A stretch of 64,000 bases of DNA from assembly GCA_038231435.1 (NCBI GenBank), contig JBBRLJ010000019.1:37496-101495 (forward strand), read 5' to 3'. The position numbers and the translations under genes were made by a program. Positions 23,224 to 33,606 of the stretch are shown here, piece after piece (positions within the stretch are counted from its first letter, which is position 1; the number at the start of each line of letters is the position of its first letter). The notes beneath the pieces are model-generated. The model did not search any database and was not told the DNA's origin. It worked only from the letters and a program-made list of their open reading frames with translations. This DNA is from Planctomycetota bacterium (GTDB lineage: Bacteria > Planctomycetota > UBA11346).

Positions 23224-24099
23224 TCAGCCGGATTTGCGCACCGACACCGAGACGCTCACGTCCTGGTGGCCGCCACCGATGATCACGCCCTTGATCGGGC
23301 TGACGTCGGCGAAATCCCGTCCGTAGGCCACCATCACATGCCTGACTCCGGCGATGCAGTCGTTAGTAGGATCGAGGTCTACCCAGCCGAGATCGCCGCA
23401 GTGCAGCGAGATCCAGGCATGCGAGGCATCCGCGCCAGTGAGCCTGGATCCGTCGCGCGACGATTCGGTCTCGACATAGCCGCTGACGTAGCGTGCCGCC
23501 AATCCGAGCGAGCGCAGACTCGAGATCGCCACATGGGCGAAGTCCTGGCATACTCCACGACCATCGCGCAGCACGTCATCGACCGGCGTAGAGATGGTGG
23601 TCACCCCTGCCTGGTAGGCGAAGCTGCGGTTGATGAAGGAATTGAATTCCACCGCCGCGTCGATGATGCGGCGCCGTGGCGTGAAGAATGTCGCCGCCAG
23701 CGCCGCGTACGCCGGCGCCACCGGAACCAGCGGCGACTCCGCCGAGAATTCGGCCGCGGACAGGTCGCCATCGGAATGCGGCGACGAGACCAGCTCGCGC
23801 GCATCCTCCCACGGAGGCGAAAGCTCCGCCGCGAGCGGCGAGGGATCGTCCACCTCCAACTCGCTGGTCGCCACCACTGTCAATCCGCAATGGGTTCCGC
23901 GCACTTCGAAGGAGCTCACGTGGTTGCCGAACCAGTCGTCGCGCCGGTGCCAGGACATAGGCGTCGGATCGACGGCCAGTCGGTGATCCAGCACCCGCTG
24001 CCTCGGAGTCCGGCGCGGCGTCAGGTGCATGAGGCTGCGCGATGACGAGGCGTTCTGGCTGTAAGCGAAGGCGGTGGAGTGCACGACCGAGTAACGCAT
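23224..24099 (-). CDS. Transglutaminase-like protein with N-terminal domain
   Basis: Catalytic triad motifs GVCQDFAH, ASHAW, DLDPTN; GRDFADVSP. Confidence 0.93.
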   Translation of the reverse strand: MRYSVVHSTAFAYSQNASSSRSLMHLTPRRTPRQRVLDHRLAVDPTPMSWHRRDDWFGNHVSSFEVRGTHCGLTVVATSELEVDDPSPLAAELSPPWEDARELVSSPHSDGDLSAAEFSAESPLVPVAPAYAALAATFFTPRRRIIDAAVEFNSFINRSFAYQAGVTTISTPVDDVLRDGRGVCQDFAHVAISSLRSLGLAARYVSGYVETESSRDGSRLTGADASHAWISLHCGDLGWVDLDPTNDCIAGVRHVMVAYGRDFADVSPIKGVIIGGGHQDVSVSVSVRKSG

Positions 24100-26582
24100 C
24101 AGGCTCCCCCGCCGATGCCGTCGAGCGCACGTGGCGCGTCGGTGTGGCTGAGGTACTGGGTGGTGATGGCCTCTGAGAGCAACGCCAGGTCCGACGATAG
24201 GTGCTCGAGCAGGTGCTCGAGCGCCGGCCGGCCGCCCCGCTCGTCGCTGCGGCAGAGTTCGAGCGGATCCACCAGGCGCAGCCAGGTGCGCGCTCCCAGT
24301 CCGAGGCGCTCGGCCGGCGTCGCCAGGGCCTGCTCGCGATCACGGGGCAGCGCCGCGAGATGGGCGACCACGGTCTCGAGCTGGAACAGGGCCGAGCGGG
24401 GGTTGGTGTCGTCGGTGAGCAGCAGGTCGAGCACCGCGTGCGGCTGTAGCGAGGCAAGGTAGCGCGATCGGTAGGTGATGGTGCTGTCGGCCATCTCGAG
24501 CGCCGCCACAAGCGCGGATTCTCCGCCGCCGTCCTCGCCAGCCAGCGCCGCTGCGAGCATGTCGGTGGTAAGCAGGGCGCGTTCGAGACGGCGGCCGGTA
24601 TCCAGGAACCTCCAGCCATCGCCGCGCGTAGTGTTCTCGGTGACCATGCCAGCCAGGGCCGCCAGGGCCGTCACGACTGCGTCGAGCACGCGCGGATCCG
24701 GGACGCCGGTCATCGACTCGGACAGGCGTTCGGGCTCGCGCTCGAGTTGGGCGACGATGCGCGCCGTGTCGTTCGACAGGCGGTCGCGCACTGCGAGCGA
24801 CGCCGTGCGCAGGCGCGACAGGCAGCCGCGCATGCCCGCGCCCTCGGCCGACGCGCCGACCACCAGCGACGCGAGTTCGGCGTCGGACGCAGATGGGACG
24901 TCGGCGATGCCGACGCAGCTGCTCATCGCCCGCATCACCACGAGTTCGCGCGCGGTGACTGCCATCGCCGCGTCCTCGCGCAGGCGCACGGCGATGGCGC
25001 GCGCCAGTCGCGCCGCGAACTCGCCGCGCTCGGCGTAGCGGCCGATCCAGTAGAGGTTGTCGGCGATGCGGCTGGGCAGCGCCATCGAGCCGCGCCTGAG
25101 CTCGACCGGCGTGTTGCGCGACGGCAGCAGGGTGACCTCGGCCACCGGCCCGACGTCGAGGATCCACAGGTCCTTTTCGGCGGCAGGCGCCTGCGCATCC
25201 GCCGCGAGTAAGCAGCGGCCGCCCGACATCACCGCATAGCCCTCGCCATCGGCGACGGCGAAGGCGCGCAGCGTGAACGCGCGCGCGCGCATCGTGCCGT
25301 GCTCCCACGCCGGAACGGTCGCGCCCTCGATCGTCTCCTGCGCCACCCACGCCTCGGGCCGCGCCTGGACCTGCGCCATGCGTTCAGCGCGCGCACGCGC
25401 CGTCAACTCGCGGGGCACGAAGCGGCCGGCGCGCAAGCCCGCGAACGCGGGCGCGATCGACAGAGAATCGAGCCGTGAGGTGATCTCGGCGAGACTGTCA
25501 CCCGCCCACCACGACGGCACCGATGGCAGCACGAGCTCCTCGCCGAGGAGCAGCCGGCATAGCCGCGGCAGCGCGGGAATCAGAGCGCCGTTGTCGCCGC
25601 AACCGCTGCCGAGCGCGTTCGCGATGGTCACCCGGCCAGCGCGCGCGGCCTGCACCAGGCCTGGGATTCCGAGCGAGGAGTCATTGCGCAGCTCCAGCGG
25701 ATCGCAGAAGTCGTCGTCCTGGCGGCGCACGATCACCTCGACCGCGTGCAGTCCGGCGAGGGTCTTGAGGAAGACCCCCTCGTCGCGCACCACCAGGTCG
25801 GCGCCCTCGACCAGCGGAAAGCCCAGGTAGCGCGCCAGGTAGGAATGCTCGGCATGCGAGCGGCTGTACGGGCCGGGCGTGAGCAGCACGATGCGCGGAT
25901 TGTCATTGCCGCGAGGAGCCGATCCCGCCAGCGAACGCCTGGTGGTTGCGTAGAACGACGCCAGGCGCCGCACCTGCAGATCACGGTAGGCCTCGGGTAG
26001 CAGCCGCGATTGTGCGAGGCGGTTCTCGAGCGCATAGCCGTCTCCAGACGGCACCTGGGCGCGATCCGCGGAAACCATCCAACGGCCATCGGCGGCGCGC
26101 ACCAGATCCGCGGCGTAGCCGTGGAGCCAGCGGCCGCCGGCTGGTGCGTGTCCGTGGCACGGCCGCAGGAAAGCCGGATGTCCGAGCAGCGCCACCGGAG
26201 GCACGATCCGTTCGCGCAGCATGCGCTGCGCGCCGTACGCGTCGGCGAGCAGAGCGTTCATCAGGCGGGCGCGCTGGGCGAGTCCCAAGGCGAGCGCATC
26301 CCACTCGGCGGCGGGCAGCACACATGGGATCGGATCGAGGTCGGCGCGCGATGGCGCGCCGCCAACAGCGCTGCGCGACGCGTAATCGTCGCGCAGGTCG
26401 CGGCGGGCCTGCTCGTGGCGGCGGGAGAATTCCACGCTTCCCAGCGCGGCCACCTTCGTGGCCAGGCCTTTCCAATGCGGACGTAGCGCCCCGGCCTCGT
26501 CACGGCATTCGTCCCGCCGCCCTGGATGGGGGCGGTGGTCGAACTGGGCTGGCGGGTCAGCGGGGAGCGTGGCTGGATTCAC
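24099..26582 (-). CDS. Circularly permuted type 2 ATP-grasp fused to an alpha-E (DUF403) domain
   Basis: PSGDGYALENR, VLLTPGP-type motif, DPLELRNDSSLGIPGL, NALGSG; alpha-E motifs LYWIGRYAER and GRRLERA. Confidence 0.92.
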   Translation of the reverse strand: MNPATLPADPPAQFDHRPHPGRRDECRDEAGALRPHWKGLATKVAALGSVEFSRRHEQARRDLRDDYASRSAVGGAPSRADLDPIPCVLPAAEWDALALGLAQRARLMNALLADAYGAQRMLRERIVPPVALLGHPAFLRPCHGHAPAGGRWLHGYAADLVRAADGRWMVSADRAQVPSGDGYALENRLAQSRLLPEAYRDLQVRRLASFYATTRRSLAGSAPRGNDNPRIVLLTPGPYSRSHAEHSYLARYLGFPLVEGADLVVRDEGVFLKTLAGLHAVEVIVRRQDDDFCDPLELRNDSSLGIPGLVQAARAGRVTIANALGSGCGDNGALIPALPRLCRLLLGEELVLPSVPSWWAGDSLAEITSRLDSLSIAPAFAGLRAGRFVPRELTARARAERMAQVQARPEAWVAQETIEGATVPAWEHGTMRARAFTLRAFAVADGEGYAVMSGGRCLLAADAQAPAAEKDLWILDVGPVAEVTLLPSRNTPVELRRGSMALPSRIADNLYWIGRYAERGEFAARLARAIAVRLREDAAMAVTARELVVMRAMSSCVGIADVPSASDAELASLVVGASAEGAGMRGCLSRLRTASLAVRDRLSNDTARIVAQLEREPERLSESMTGVPDPRVLDAVVTALAALAGMVTENTTRGDGWRFLDTGRRLERALLTTDMLAAALAGEDGGGESALVAALEMADSTITYRSRYLASLQPHAVLDLLLTDDTNPRSALFQLETVVAHLAALPRDREQALATPAERLGLGARTWLRLVDPLELCRSDERGGRPALEHLLEHLSSDLALLSEAITTQYLSHTDAPRALDGIGGGA

Positions 26583-26604
26583 GGCGAGGGAGGCGGCATG
26601 GCCA

Positions 26605-29600
26605 TCATCGAGAACCGGCTCCGGCCACCGCGCGTGCGGCGATCACGGAAACCGCTGGACTGGTGGCGGGAGCGGAGGCCTTGGTGCGCCTCAGATCGAG
26701 GGTGAAGGGATAGTCGCGATCGATGGCCGGAGCTGCCAGCGTGCGCAAGCGCGGCGACCAGCCGCGGTCGTCGAAGCGCCCGGCGCGTCGGGCCTCTGCC
26801 TCGGCAGCGTTCACCGGCGGATGCTCGTAGGTGCGGCCGCCGGGGTGCGAGACGTGGTAGGTGCAGCCGGCCACCGAACGTCCGATCCACGAGTCGACGA
26901 TGTCGAACACCAGCGGCGCATGCACGGGAATGGTCGGGTGCAGGCCGTTCGGCGGGCGCCACGCGCGATAGCGCACGCCGCATACCGCGGAGCCTCCGGC
27001 TCCGAGGTCGTGCAGGGGCAGCCTCACGCCGTTGCAGGCGATCTGGTGGCGATCGTCGGCGAGGCCTGCAAGGACCACCTGCACGCGCTCGACTGACGAG
27101 TCGACGTAGCGCACGGTGCCGCCGGCTCCGGGCTCCTCGCCGAGCACGTGCCAGGGTTCGAGCGCCTGGGTGAGCTCCAGGCGGATGCCTCGATGGTTGA
27201 TCGAACCGATGGGCGCGAAGCGGAAATCGCGGTGCGGCGCGAACCACGCGTCCTCGACCGGCAGTCCGCGCTCGCGCAGCTCGCGGGCGACGTCGCGGAA
27301 ATCCTCCCACAGCACCGCCGGCAGCATGAAGCGGTCGTGCAGCCCGGTACCCCAGCGCGCGAGCGGCGCGCGGTACGGTTCACGCCAGAAGCGCGCAACC
27401 AGTGCCCGCACCAGCAGCTGCTCGGACGCGCTCAGGCGCGCATGCGGAGGCATCTCGAATCCGCGCAGCTCCAGGAGGCCCAGCCGGCCGGTGGCCGAAT
27501 CCGGCGAGAACAGCTTGTCGATGCAGAACTCGGCGCGGTGGGTATTGCCGGTGAGATCGATGAGCAGATGCCTCAGTACGCGATCGACCAGCCACGGCGG
27601 ACACGGCCCGTCGTCTGGCAGCTGGTCGAGGGCGGTCTCGAGTTCGTACACGGTCTCGGTGCGCGCTTCGTCCGCGCGAGGCGCCTGGCTGGTCGGACCG
27701 GCGAAGAGGCCGCAGAACAGGTAGGACAGCGACGGATGGTTGTGCCAGTACGCGATCATGCTGCGCAGCAGCGACGGCCGGCGCAGGAACGGACTGTCGA
27801 TGGGCGACGCCGCGCCGAGGGTCACGTGGTTGCCGCCGCCGGTGCCGCAGTGCCGCCCGTCGACCAGGAAGCGTTCAGCGGTGAGTCCGCAGCTGGCAGC
27901 GTCGGCGTAGAGCGACTCGGTGGCCTCGACCGCGCCGCGCCACGACGATTGCGGCTGGACGTTGACCTCGATGACTCCGGGATCGGGAGTGACGGCGAAA
28001 TGCAGCAGGCGATGGTCGCGCGGCGGGTGGTAGCCCTCGATCGCCACCGGAATGCCGATGGTGGCGGCGCTGTCCTCGATCGCGGCCACCAGCTCGAGGT
28101 AGCGTTCGAGGTGGGCGACCGGAGGCATGAACACGTTCAGCACGCCGTCGCGCGGTTCGATGCACAGCGCGGTGCGTACCGGTTCAGGCGAGGGAAGAGA
28201 CGCGAGGGCGTTGCGGACCTGCACGATCCGGGGCGGGAGTGGCGGACGCGCGGCCAGCGGATCGCGCTGCGGATCCTCGAGCGCCGCGCGCTGTTCGGCG
28301 GTCAGCCAGGGAAGCGCGTCGAGCGGCAGGCGATAGCCCATCGGCGAATCGCCCGGCACCAGCAACAGCAGCTCGGAACGCATCGTCCACGGCGCGCTCG
28401 CCCAGCCGCCGTCGTGCCGCACGGCGATCGGCAGCGCGTAGCCGACGATCGCGCCGAGGCCGTTCGCGAATATCCGCGCGAGACGCGCGCGCTCCTGGGG
28501 ATCGTCCATGCGCGGATCGCGCGGATCCATGCCGACCGGTAGACGGTGCTCGCGCCACAGGTGGTAGAAGGCGTCCTCGTACGCGGGCAGGGCGAAGCCG
28601 ACATCGATGCCAAGGCGCGAGGTCAGTTCGCGGACCAGGCGCTCGGCGTCGGCGGCTCCGGACCCGACCGGTGCGGCGCGGTCGGCGATGAGATCGGGAT
28701 CACGCCACACTGGTTGGCCATCCTCGCGCCAATAGCAGCCGAGCGCCCAGCGCGGCAGCGGCTCGCCCGGGTACCACTTCCCTTGTCCGTAGTGGAGCAG
28801 CCCGCCCGCGGCGATCCGCGCCTGCAGCCGCTTCACCAGGCTCTCAGCAAACTCGCGCTTGTCCCCGCCCAGCGCCGCAGTCGTCCACTCGGGCTCGTCG
28901 CGGCCGCCGGCCGAGACAAAGGTCGGCTCACCACCCATGGTCAGGCGCACGTCCTCGGCCGCGAGCACCTCGTCGATGCGATCGCCGGCGGCGAGGATGT
29001 CGTGCCAGCTCTCGGTGGAGTAGGGCTTGGTGGTGCGCGGCGCCGTTTCCAGGCGCGATACCGTCATCTCGACGGACATCGTCGAGCCCGTCTCCTCGTC
29101 ATCCTCACCACGTTCGCTATCTTCGCCGGATGCTCCGATCGGGGCGTAGCCTCCGGACACCGGCGACGCCGAGGCCGGGAACGGCGTGCCAGCGAGCGGA
29201 ATGTGGCCTTCGCCCGCGAGCAGGCCCGAGGTCGCATCCAGGCCGATCCAACCGGCACCGGGCAGATAGATCTCGGTCCAGGCGTGGAGATCGCAGAAAT
29301 CCGCGGGCGGACCATCGATCTTCCCGGTAGCATCGGGATCTGGAGCGAGCTGCACCAGGTAGCCAGAGACGAAGCGCGCAGCGAGACCGAGCTTGCGCGC
29401 CATGGTCACCAGCAGCCAGGCCGAGTCGCGGCACGAACCGCTGCGGAGTTCGAGCGTCTGCTCGGGCTCCTGCACGCCCGGGTCGAGCCGCACCACATAA
29501 TCCACAGCCGAGAGCACCAGGCGGTTCAGCTCGACTAGGTAATCAACGGTGGTGGTTCCCGCTTTCGGAGCGCGTTCGAGCAGCGCCGCCACCAGAGGTC

Positions 29601-29970
29601 CGGCTTCCCCCGCCTCGAGGTACGGGCCGAGATCGCGCGCGACCTCGGGCGGATACGCGAACGGGATGCGTTCGGCGACCGGCTCGAGGAAGAAATCGAA
29701 GGGATTCACCACCTCGAGGTCGAGCACCAAGCGGACATCGACACGCAGCTCGCGCACCGGATGCGGGTGGAGGGAACGCGCCTGGTGGTTGCCGAAGGCA
29801 TCCTGCTGCCAGTTGAGGAAATGCTCGGCCGGAGAGATCGCCAGCGCGTAGGACTCGACGATGGTCCGGCAATGCGGCGCCGGACGCAGCCGCACCACCT
29901 GCGGACCGAGCGACACCGCACGCGTGTAGCGGTAGCTGGTGCAATGGGTGAGGGCGACGCGGATGCCCAT
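26605..29970 (-). CDS. Transglutaminase plus DUF2126 (putative amidoligase) protein
   Basis: GPQVVRLRPAPH, GSCRDSAWLL, DLHAW, LTMGGEPTFVS, TPDPGVIEVN, GTGGGNH, GNTHRAEFCIDK. Confidence 0.93.
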   Translation of the reverse strand: MGIRVALTHCTSYRYTRAVSLGPQVVRLRPAPHCRTIVESYALAISPAEHFLNWQQDAFGNHQARSLHPHPVRELRVDVRLVLDLEVVNPFDFFLEPVAERIPFAYPPEVARDLGPYLEAGEAGPLVAALLERAPKAGTTTVDYLVELNRLVLSAVDYVVRLDPGVQEPEQTLELRSGSCRDSAWLLVTMARKLGLAARFVSGYLVQLAPDPDATGKIDGPPADFCDLHAWTEIYLPGAGWIGLDATSGLLAGEGHIPLAGTPFPASASPVSGGYAPIGASGEDSERGEDDEETGSTMSVEMTVSRLETAPRTTKPYSTESWHDILAAGDRIDEVLAAEDVRLTMGGEPTFVSAGGRDEPEWTTAALGGDKREFAESLVKRLQARIAAGGLLHYGQGKWYPGEPLPRWALGCYWREDGQPVWRDPDLIADRAAPVGSGAADAERLVRELTSRLGIDVGFALPAYEDAFYHLWREHRLPVGMDPRDPRMDDPQERARLARIFANGLGAIVGYALPIAVRHDGGWASAPWTMRSELLLLVPGDSPMGYRLPLDALPWLTAEQRAALEDPQRDPLAARPPLPPRIVQVRNALASLPSPEPVRTALCIEPRDGVLNVFMPPVAHLERYLELVAAIEDSAATIGIPVAIEGYHPPRDHRLLHFAVTPDPGVIEVNVQPQSSWRGAVEATESLYADAASCGLTAERFLVDGRHCGTGGGNHVTLGAASPIDSPFLRRPSLLRSMIAYWHNHPSLSYLFCGLFAGPTSQAPRADEARTETVYELETALDQLPDDGPCPPWLVDRVLRHLLIDLTGNTHRAEFCIDKLFSPDSATGRLGLLELRGFEMPPHARLSASEQLLVRALVARFWREPYRAPLARWGTGLHDRFMLPAVLWEDFRDVARELRERGLPVEDAWFAPHRDFRFAPIGSINHRGIRLELTQALEPWHVLGEEPGAGGTVRYVDSSVERVQVVLAGLADDRHQIACNGVRLPLHDLGAGGSAVCGVRYRAWRPPNGLHPTIPVHAPLVFDIVDSWIGRSVAGCTYHVSHPGGRTYEHPPVNAAEAEARRAGRFDDRGWSPRLRTLAAPAIDRDYPFTLDLRRTKASAPATSPAVSVIAARAVAGAGSR

Positions 29971-29971
29971 C

Positions 29972-30961
29972 TCAGCCCTCGCTCTGGCGTTGCATCTGAG
30001 TCTGCGCGGACGGCACCGACAGGTGATCGCGCTCGACCGTCGCCGCCACCGCGCCGATGCCGAGATGGATCTCGCCGAGCACTGTCTTCCAATCGCCAGC
30101 GAAGCGCCCACTCGCCGCCTCGCCGAGCTTGTCGCGCAGCTCGGCCACCAGCACGATCGCCGCGCAGGTGCCTCCGGCGGTGAAGCCGGTGAGCGAACGC
30201 TCGAGCAGCGCCAGGTTGCGCGCCAACGAGCGCGGGCAGGCGTTGAGCGAGGTCAGCAACTCGACGGCGTCGGCGGTGGAACCGCGATCTGGCGAAACCC
30301 GGCGGAAGGTCTCGCGTGCGCCTGCGGCGTTCATCAAGGTGTCGATGCGCTGGTGGGCGGTGGACGCGACCGCGGGATGGCGACGATCGAGCGTTGCGGG
30401 GAGCATCACGCCGAGCAGTCGCGCCACGAAGTCGACGCGTTCGATGCAGATCCCCGCCTCGATGACATGGGGGAGCTCGTCGCGCATCAGATCGTCGGCG
30501 GTGCCACGGATCAGGCGGCAGCGATCGATGGCCCATTCGACGATGGCCTCGATGCCGACCGCGACGACATCGTCGGCGTCGAAATCATCGGCCTCGATCC
30601 AGGCGGTATTCACCGCTTCCCAATAGCTGTCGCCGAGCAGGTGCCGGGCGGTGCGCGCATTGCCTCCGGCGGAACGCATGCACGAGACGACGCTCGATGG
30701 GTTCGCCCGGTCAACAAGCATGTAGGGCGCAGTCGACGCCGCCTGGATGGGCTTGCCCAGCTCCTTGTAAGCGCCGAGATCCGCTCCGCACTTGAGGGCC
30801 TCGAGCCACGGGTCGAACCGTGCATCATCCGTGCTCAGATCAGGTTCGACCTCGACGACTCCGGCCACGACGTTAACAGCGCCGACGAGTCTCGCGGTGT
30901 TCTCGGCGCGCTCCAGGTATCGCCCGAGCCACAGGCAGTTGTTGGCGACGCGGCTGAGCAT
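29972..30961 (-). CDS. Alpha-E domain protein (DUF403)
   Basis: MLSRVANNCLWLGRYLERAENTAR; second ER motif IERVD; PRSL. Confidence 0.92.
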   Translation of the reverse strand: MLSRVANNCLWLGRYLERAENTARLVGAVNVVAGVVEVEPDLSTDDARFDPWLEALKCGADLGAYKELGKPIQAASTAPYMLVDRANPSSVVSCMRSAGGNARTARHLLGDSYWEAVNTAWIEADDFDADDVVAVGIEAIVEWAIDRCRLIRGTADDLMRDELPHVIEAGICIERVDFVARLLGVMLPATLDRRHPAVASTAHQRIDTLMNAAGARETFRRVSPDRGSTADAVELLTSLNACPRSLARNLALLERSLTGFTAGGTCAAIVLVAELRDKLGEAASGRFAGDWKTVLGEIHLGIGAVAATVERDHLSVPSAQTQMQRQSEG

Positions 30962-31102
30962 GCTAATGGACTTCCGCAGGAGCGAGGCGTCGATGTACTC
31001 TCAGCGCGTCGAACCGATTGGCCGACGCAGCGCGGATCAAGGCGAAGTGCCTGATCCGTGAGGATGTAGGATGGATGTCCATGATGCCCGCCGATACGGA
31101 TG

Positions 31103-32569
31103 CTACGCGTCGTTGACGACCCAGGTATCCTTGGTGCCGCCACCCTGTGAGGAATTCACCACCAATGAACCTTCTTTCATCGCGACGCGTGTCAGTCCGC
31201 CGGGAACCACCGATACGGTCTTGCCGCTGAGCACGAACGGGCGCAGGTCGACGTGGCGCGGCGCGATACCTTGGGCGACGTAGGTCGGGCAAGTGGACAG
31301 AGCCAGTGTCGGCTGGGCGATGAAGGAGTCGGGATCCGCGAGGATCCGTTCTCGGTACGCGGCGCGTTCGGCGATGGTCGAGGCCGGACCGACGAGCATG
31401 CCGTAGCCGCCGGAACCGTGCACCTCCTTCACCACCAGCTCGTGCAGGTGCTCCAACACGTATGCGCGATCGCTCGGATCGCCCACCCGCCAGGTCGGCA
31501 CGTTGTTGAGGATCGGCTTTTCGCCGAGATAGAATCTGATCATCTCCGGCACGTGCAGGTAGGTCGACTTGTCGTCTGCGACACCGTTGCCGACCGCGTT
31601 CGCCAGCGTCACTCGCCCGGCCCGGTAGACCTCCATCAAGCCCGGTACGCCCAGCACACTGTCGGCTCGGAAGGCGAGCGGATCGAGGAAATCGTCGTCG
31701 ATACGTCGATAGATCACGTCCACGCGGCGCGGGCCCCGCGTCGAGCGCATCCATACGCGTCTGCCGTCGACGTAGAGATCCTGTCCTTCAACCAGATCGG
31801 CGCCCATGCGCTGCGCGAGGTAGGCATGCTCGAAATAGGCGCTGTTCGCCGCTCCGGCGGTCAGCACCGCCACGGTGGGATCGTCGACGCCCGACGGCGC
31901 GCATGAGCGCAGGTTCTCGAGCAGGATGTCCGGGTAGTGGTCGACGGGCTGGATGCTGTGGCGGGTGAACAGCTCGGGAAAGAGGCGGCGCATGGCGGCG
32001 CGGTTCTCGAGCATGTACGAGACGCCTGAGGGCGTGCGCAGGTTGTCCTCGAGCACGAACCATTCGTCGGGGGACACCCGCACCACGTCGATGCCGGCCA
32101 CGTGCGCATGGACGCCCCACGGCACCGCCACTCCGCGCGCGGCGGCGCAGAACAGTTTGTTGGCGTGGATGGCCGCGACCGGGATGCGGCCGGCGGCGAT
32201 GATCTCCTGATCGCCGTAGATGTCGTCGAGGAAGGCGTTCAGGGCGCGCGCGCGCTGGATGCAGCCGTCGGCCACGCGCTTCCATTCCGCCGCTCCCAGG
32301 ACGCGGGGAATGACGTCGAAAGGGATCAGGCGCCTGGCGCCATCGGCGTCGCCATAGACGGCAAAGGTGATGCCGCGGCGGCGGAACAGCTCCTCGGCCG
32401 AGGCCGTGCCGCGATCGAGGGTCTCGACATCAGCGGTGCGCAGCCAGCGGTCGAGTTCACGATACGCCGGAGCGATGCCCGTCCGGCCGCGCATCTCGTT
32501 GTAGATCCGCGGAGCCGCTACTGGTGGCTGAGGCGGGTTCTGGGGCTGGGACATGAGCTCGGTCGCCAT
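31103..32569 (-). CDS. Circularly permuted type 2 ATP-grasp protein
   Basis: GITFAVYG, VLEDNLRTPSGVSYMLENR, IYRRIDDDFLDP, PRHVDLRP, VNSSQGGGTKDTWV. Start could be 32554-32593. Confidence 0.95.
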   Translation of the reverse strand: MATELMSQPQNPPQPPVAAPRIYNEMRGRTGIAPAYRELDRWLRTADVETLDRGTASAEELFRRRGITFAVYGDADGARRLIPFDVIPRVLGAAEWKRVADGCIQRARALNAFLDDIYGDQEIIAAGRIPVAAIHANKLFCAAARGVAVPWGVHAHVAGIDVVRVSPDEWFVLEDNLRTPSGVSYMLENRAAMRRLFPELFTRHSIQPVDHYPDILLENLRSCAPSGVDDPTVAVLTAGAANSAYFEHAYLAQRMGADLVEGQDLYVDGRRVWMRSTRGPRRVDVIYRRIDDDFLDPLAFRADSVLGVPGLMEVYRAGRVTLANAVGNGVADDKSTYLHVPEMIRFYLGEKPILNNVPTWRVGDPSDRAYVLEHLHELVVKEVHGSGGYGMLVGPASTIAERAAYRERILADPDSFIAQPTLALSTCPTYVAQGIAPRHVDLRPFVLSGKTVSVVPGGLTRVAMKEGSLVVNSSQGGGTKDTWVVNDA

Positions 32570-32716
32570 GCCCGCAGTGTCCTCGTCGGGCACCCCGGTA
32601 TCAATTGTAGCGCCGCGCAGCAGTCACGTGATCGAGCCATGAACTGCAGGGATGCTACATTGCTCCAGAAGCCACCGACGGTGGGCAAGCGTGGATCACT
32701 CCACCCCCCTCGTCAC

Positions 32717-33181
32717 TCAGGGCTTGACCAAGCGGTCGGTAGCAGCCTGGGCCAAGCGCTTCACCAGCCGGCCGAGGTCCTCGGCACACGACAGGAACCC
32801 GCTCCAATCGGTGGGCTTCACCCAGTAATCCATGGCGCCGAGGCGGATGCATTCCTCGCGCTCGCGCGGGCGCGTGGATGAACTCAGGACCACGGCAGGG
32901 ATGTCGCACCAGTCCTCGGTTGCCTTGATCATGCTCAGTCCGACCGCGCCGTTCACAGCTGGTAGGTTCAGGTCGAGGAGGATCAGATTCGGCAGCGCGC
33001 GGGTTCCGGAGTTCTCGAGATCGGCGAGAAAGGCGAGCGCGGCGTTGACCGTTGGCAGTGCGTGGAAGCGCAACTCTGGGCAGCGGTCGGCCAGCGCCTG
33101 GCGCAGCAGGTCGACGTCCCCCGGATTGTCCTCGATCGCCAGGATGGTAGCCGGTCGCGGAACGTCGTTCGGCAAACTCAT
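32717..33181 (-). CDS. Single-domain response regulator (Rcp1-like receiver)
   Basis: IEDNPGD, LILLDLNLP, LSSS, YWVKP. Confidence 0.92.
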   Translation of the reverse strand: MSLPNDVPRPATILAIEDNPGDVDLLRQALADRCPELRFHALPTVNAALAFLADLENSGTRALPNLILLDLNLPAVNGAVGLSMIKATEDWCDIPAVVLSSSTRPREREECIRLGAMDYWVKPTDWSGFLSCAEDLGRLVKRLAQAATDRLVKP

Positions 33182-33606
33182 GTGACGTTCGCCTTGAGGA
33201 GATGGGATCGGAGCTGGTCGCCGATGGCGGCGACAATCGAGCGGTATTCCGCAAATGTCGTGGGCTTGTTGAGGAACGCCGAGACGCCAAGGGCCGTGCA
33301 GGCCTCACGGTCTGAAGCGAGCAGCGAGGTGGTGAACACCAGTACCGGCACGTCGCGATCGCGTTCGCTCACGCGCATACGCCGCAGGATCTCCAAGCCG
33401 GGGATGCCGGGCATATTCAGATCGAGGACCACCAGGAATGGCACCGCGGCTGCCGCGAACTGCTCGAGAAACTCCAGGCCGATGGCGCCAGTCGGCGCCC
33501 ATACCACAGCCGGCGACATGCCGCAGTCGGCGAAGGCTTCACGCAGCAGTTGCGCGTCGAGCTTGTTGTCATCGATGACCAGGACGCGCGCCGAAGGATC
33601 AACCAC
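33178..33606 (-). CDS. Single-domain response regulator
   Basis: VIDDNKLD, VVLDLNMP, FTTS, FLNKP. Start uncertain (33606 or 33657). Confidence 0.9.
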   Translation of the reverse strand: MVDPSARVLVIDDNKLDAQLLREAFADCGMSPAVVWAPTGAIGLEFLEQFAAAAVPFLVVLDLNMPGIPGLEILRRMRVSERDRDVPVLVFTTSLLASDREACTALGVSAFLNKPTTFAEYRSIVAAIGDQLRSHLLKANVT

